The position numbers and the translations under genes were made by a program. The notes below the pieces were generated by a model. The model saw only the letters and a program-made list of their open reading frames with translations, was not told where the DNA came from and made no database searches. Below are positions 58,975 to 59,926 of a stretch of DNA of 59,926 bases, piece by piece (position 1 is the first letter of the stretch; every line of letters begins with the position of its first letter). Source of the DNA: a virus; IMG/VR virus record IMGVR_UViG_3300022205_000002. One strand, written 5' to 3'.

Positions 58975-59926
58975 TTACGCCCTAGCGTCAAGAGTCACAA
59001 AGCTGGAAAGCCTATCGCCAGCATTAGCATTCTCCGGGGTAATCTGCTGCGCCAGCTTAGGCATACCGTTAATCCTCCAAGTAAATCTAAACATATGCTC
59101 ATTGGTATTAAACAGCACGTGCATAGATTCCGCCGCTTCGATTCCGCCCTTCTCTACCATCAAATACTCGTTCATGTTAGCGAGTATAATGTCGCCCTTG
59201 TCACCAAGCTTCGGACAAGCGTTGGTAGGAATAACGGGAAGTCCCAGCAAAGTAGCGTATGGAGTACCGGACATGCCACCTTCGGGCAAATACACGGGAG
59301 CGCCGCCAGTTCCTACGGCCATGACAAGGTTACGCAGTTCTTTCCTAGCGAACGGGTTAACGTGCCAAGCTGCGCCGGTCAAATAATCCGGGTCAAAAAT
59401 GTCAAACATTTTATCAATGTTTTCCTTGACAATAGTATCAGCTGGCTGTAGGTTTTCCTTAGCCACCGACACGGTGGAAGAAGCGTTGATAATACCAAGG
59501 CACTGGCCAGAACCGGTCCCCTGAATTATTTCACGATCCACCTTTTTATTCATGGCCTTTGGCGCGTCGTTCATGATCATGCGCTGGAGCGCCACCGCAT
59601 CGCCAAGAAGCTGCCTAGTAACAGGGACGCGAACCATCATATCCTTGACGGCAAGTTCACGCTCCCTAAACTGCGGCTTGGATGTAGTAGCGGCGACACC
59701 CTCATTCACACGGTACGCCACAATGCCGTTATAACTACCAGCGGTAGAGCGATCCTCGTTAACCGCCTCAACCCAGACGTAACGATCATTGCTACCGCCA
59801 AGAGGCATGATGTCGGCGGCCTTGTAAAGCTGACCGGTCTCATACATTGCGGATTTAATCTCTGCCGCAATCTGCGGAGTGAGCAAGAATCCGCCTTCAC
59901 TAGATACCAAAGTATTAGAGCCAGAC
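58975..59926 (-). CDS. Major capsid protein, HK97 fold, C-terminal part (continues from 441..1 across the contig junction)
   Basis: ...LVSSEGGFLLTPQIAAEIKSAMYETGQLYK...GGAPVYLPEGGMSGTPYATLLGLPV... is typical of the HK97 family. The track's 'M' at 59910 is an internal TTG. Confidence 0.9.
   Translation of the reverse strand, partial: SGSNTLVSSEGGFLLTPQIAAEIKSAMYETGQLYKAADIMPLGGSNDRYVWVEAVNEDRSTAGSYNGIVAYRVNEGVAATTSKPQFRERELAVKDMMVRVPVTRQLLGDAVALQRMIMNDAPKAMNKKVDREIIQGTGSGQCLGIINASSTVSVAKENLQPADTIVKENIDKMFDIFDPDYLTGAAWHVNPFARKELRNLVMAVGTGGAPVYLPEGGMSGTPYATLLGLPVIPTNACPKLGDKGDIILANMNEYLMVEKGGIEAAESMHVLFNTNEHMFRFTWRINGMPKLAQQITPENANAGDRLSSFVTLDARA
59800..59926. repeat. Terminal direct repeat, second copy of bases 1-127
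   Basis: An exact 127-bp match to the start of the window. Confidence 0.95.

Noticed and set aside
58429-59451. Plus-strand ORFs 58429..58896 (155 aa), 58972..59451 (159 aa) and 59102..59386
   Set aside because: They are antisense to the capsid gene and the capsid-associated gene. They are Ser/Gly/Ala-rich and have no translation signals.
1-59926. Lysogeny module (integrase, CI-like repressor, attP)
   Set aside because: I recognised no tyrosine or serine recombinase and no divergent repressor/Cro pair. The tRNA-like T-arm/acceptor segment could in principle be an attP core, but without an integrase that reading is unsupported.

Overview
This window is a complete tailed dsDNA phage genome. 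Bases 1-127 are identical to 59800-59926, so the contig closes on itself and the unique length is 59,799 bp. The major capsid gene runs across that junction. Nearly all genes are on the minus strand, in two arms separated by two repeat-rich non-coding hubs (about 6.29-6.86 kb and 39.55-39.83 kb). The hubs share a ~77-bp module rich in TGCCAATAT / ATATTGGCA motifs. Late arm, transcribed 6269 -> 1, wrapping to 59799 -> 39826: putative terS, terL, portal, SPP1-gp7/MuF protein, HK97-type prohead protease with a long C-terminal extension, HK97-fold capsid protein, connector proteins, two paralogous tail-tube-like proteins, a tail chaperone with a canonical -1 slippery site, a 1253-aa tape measure, tail-tip/fibre proteins, a DUF5675-like protein and a holin-like protein. 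Early/replication arm, 39546 -> 6866: an SSB-like protein, two tRNA-like structured elements, Fic, prim-pol, SF1 helicase, a clamp-like protein, SNF2 helicase, QueD-QueE-DpdA (7-deazaguanine DNA modification with no QueC or FolE seen), an N4/N6 DNA methyltransferase, an HTH protein, a metallophosphoesterase, a C5 methyltransferase carrying a 180-codon overlapping sense ORF, family-A DNA polymerase, a VRR-NUC-like nuclease, a short plus-strand island (15.4-18.75 kb) with a second SNF2 helicase, a secreted SNase-like nuclease, an 8-unit iteron array, many small ORFs, an IS110-C-terminal-like HhH protein and an HD-domain (p)ppGpp-hydrolase-like protein. I saw no integrase, rRNA, canonical tRNA, reverse transcriptase or CRISPR array. 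All functional calls come from motifs read in the ORF-track translations. No database search was run.
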